Below are positions 25,454-26,816 of a DNA stretch of 26,816 bases, in pieces. How positions within the stretch are numbered: position 1 is the stretch's first letter; every line of letters begins with the position of its first letter. Origin of the DNA: Methanotrichaceae archaeon (lineage in GTDB: Archaea > Halobacteriota > Methanosarcinia > Methanotrichales > Methanotrichaceae); NCBI GenBank assembly GCA_963754945.1, contig CAVWIG010000037.1, positions 1 to 26,816 of the forward strand, read 5' to 3'. The notes under the pieces are model-generated. The model was not told where the DNA came from, ran no database searches, and was given only the letters and a program-made list of their open reading frames with translations. The position numbers and the translations under genes were made by a program.

Positions 25454-26816
25454 CTGGCAAAGGGCTGGGCTCTATATAACCTGGGTAATGCTTCTGATGC
25501 ACTAAAACTGTTCAACAAGGCTATCAATCTGAATCCAAAAGAGCCGAGCTACTGGAACGCCAAGGCCACAGCTCTAGGAAAACTGGGAAACACCACCGAT
25601 TCTCTGAATGCTTATGATCAGGAAATAACCCTCAAACCAACCGATCCCGGAGTCTGGATGAACAAGGGTTGGGCTCTCTATAACCTGGGTAACACCACCG
25701 ATGCCCTCAAGCTGTTTGACAAAGCCATCGATCTGAACTCCAAGGAACCGAGCTACTGGAACGCAAAAGCCACAGCTCTAGGAAAACTCGGTAACACCAC
25801 TGATTCTCTGAATGCTTATGATCAGGCAATAACGCTCAAACCAATGGATCCTGGAGTCTGGATGAACAAGGGTTGGGCTCTCTATAACCTTGGCAACACC
25901 ACCGATGCCCTCAAGCTGTTTGACAAAGCCATCGATCTGAACTCCAAGGAACCGAGCTACTGGAACGCAAAAGCCACAGCTCTAGGAAAACTCGGTAACA
26001 CCACTGATTCTCTGAATGCTTATGATCAGGCAATAACGCTCAAACCAATGGATCCTGGAGTCTGGATGAACAAGGGTTGGGCTCTCTATAACCTTGGCAA
26101 CACCACCGATGCCCTCAAGCTGTTTGACAAAGCCATCGATCTGAACTCCAAAGAGCCAGGCTACTGGAATGCCAAAGCCACAGCTCTAGGAAAACTGGGA
26201 AACACCACCGATTCTCTGAATGCTTATGATCAGGCCATAACGCTCAAACCTACGGATCCCGGAGTTTGGATGGCAAAGGGTTGGGCTCTCTATAACCTTG
26301 GCAACACCACCGATGCCCTCAAGCTGTTCAACAAGGCCATCGATCTGAACCCCAAGGAGCCGGGTTACTGGAATGCTAAGGCAACAGCCTTAGGCAAACT
26401 CGGCAACAGTACCGATTCTTTGAAGGCTTATGATCAGGCCATAACTCTCAAACCAACCGATCCCGGAGTCTGGATGAACAAGGGTTGGGCTCTCTATAAC
26501 CTGGGTAATACCTCTGATGCTCTAATGCTGTTCAGCAAAGCCATCGATCTGAACCCCAAGGAACCGAGCTACTGGAACGCAAAAGCAACAGCTCTGGGAA
26601 AACTGGGCAACACCACCGATTCTCTGAAGGCTTATGATCAGGCAATAACGCTCAAACCTACCGATCCTGGTGCCTGGATGGCAAAGGGTGTAGCTCTCGA
26701 ACAATTAAAGAATTATGACGAATCTCTCAAAGATTACGACCAGGCCATCAAACTCAGTCCAAAGAATTCTGATTACCTGAAGGCCAGGGCCCGGATCATC
26801 GGATATCTTAACAACC
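25454..26816 (+). CDS. TPR-repeat coding region, 5'-truncated and open to the window end (missed by the ORF track)
   Basis: Continuous frame KGWALYNLGNTTDALKLFDKAIDLNSKEPSYWNAKATALGKLGNTTDSLNAYDQAITLKPTDPGVWMN repeated six times, plus a capping TPR. There is an in-frame stop at 25415-25417, the first ATG is at 25658, and no stop occurs before 26816. Confidence 0.85.
   Translation, partial: MAKGWALYNLGNASDALKLFNKAINLNPKEPSYWNAKATALGKLGNTTDSLNAYDQEITLKPTDPGVWMNKGWALYNLGNTTDALKLFDKAIDLNSKEPSYWNAKATALGKLGNTTDSLNAYDQAITLKPMDPGVWMNKGWALYNLGNTTDALKLFDKAIDLNSKEPSYWNAKATALGKLGNTTDSLNAYDQAITLKPMDPGVWMNKGWALYNLGNTTDALKLFDKAIDLNSKEPGYWNAKATALGKLGNTTDSLNAYDQAITLKPTDPGVWMAKGWALYNLGNTTDALKLFNKAIDLNPKEPGYWNAKATALGKLGNSTDSLKAYDQAITLKPTDPGVWMNKGWALYNLGNTSDALMLFSKAIDLNPKEPSYWNAKATALGKLGNTTDSLKAYDQAITLKPTDPGAWMAKGVALEQLKNYDESLKDYDQAIKLSPKNSDYLKARARIIGYLNN
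25460..26683 (+). repeat. Six tandem 204-bp repeats (68 aa = two TPR units each)
   Basis: Units start at 25460, 25664, 25868, 26072, 26276 and 26480. Units 2 and 3 differ at only two positions by my reading. Confidence 0.95.

Noticed and set aside
25440-25502. N-terminal extension of the 331-aa minus ORF
   Set aside because: It is antisense to the TPR repeat. The signal peptide begins at ATG 25439.
25460-26683. Diversity-generating retroelement template/variable repeats
   Set aside because: Differences between units are mostly third-position and not adenine-specific, and there is no reverse transcriptase in the window.

Overview
Chromosomal segment of a methanogenic archaeon, most consistent with Methanothrix/Methanosarcinales. 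This is inferred from archaeal secF-secD, an HPS-RraA fusion, DUF1616- and TIGR04279-like proteins, secreted TPR proteins and BRE/TATA promoters. From left to right it holds an IS5-family element (ISH1-like) inserted into an IS66-like transposase, two tandem B12-type radical SAM genes divergent from an ABC-2 exporter, a secreted papain-like C1A protease and a 1003-aa secreted TPR protein. Next come a winged-helix gene, a 40-aa ORF missed by the ORF track, an alkaline-phosphatase-superfamily gene, a RecJ-like DHH gene, dapF, hxlA-RraA, secF, secD and a minus-strand cell-surface operon. The window ends in a 5'-truncated TPR gene built from six 204-bp tandem repeats. The most striking unexplained signal is the ~870-nt non-coding stretch (12267-13140) between a clean minus-strand BRE/TATA promoter and the winged-helix gene. 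It folds by eye into many stems whose G-U wobbles favour the minus strand, and it carries nine exact AAGGGA copies, several in hairpin loops. It is a candidate large structured RNA or multivalent protein-binding leader paired with a wHTH protein.
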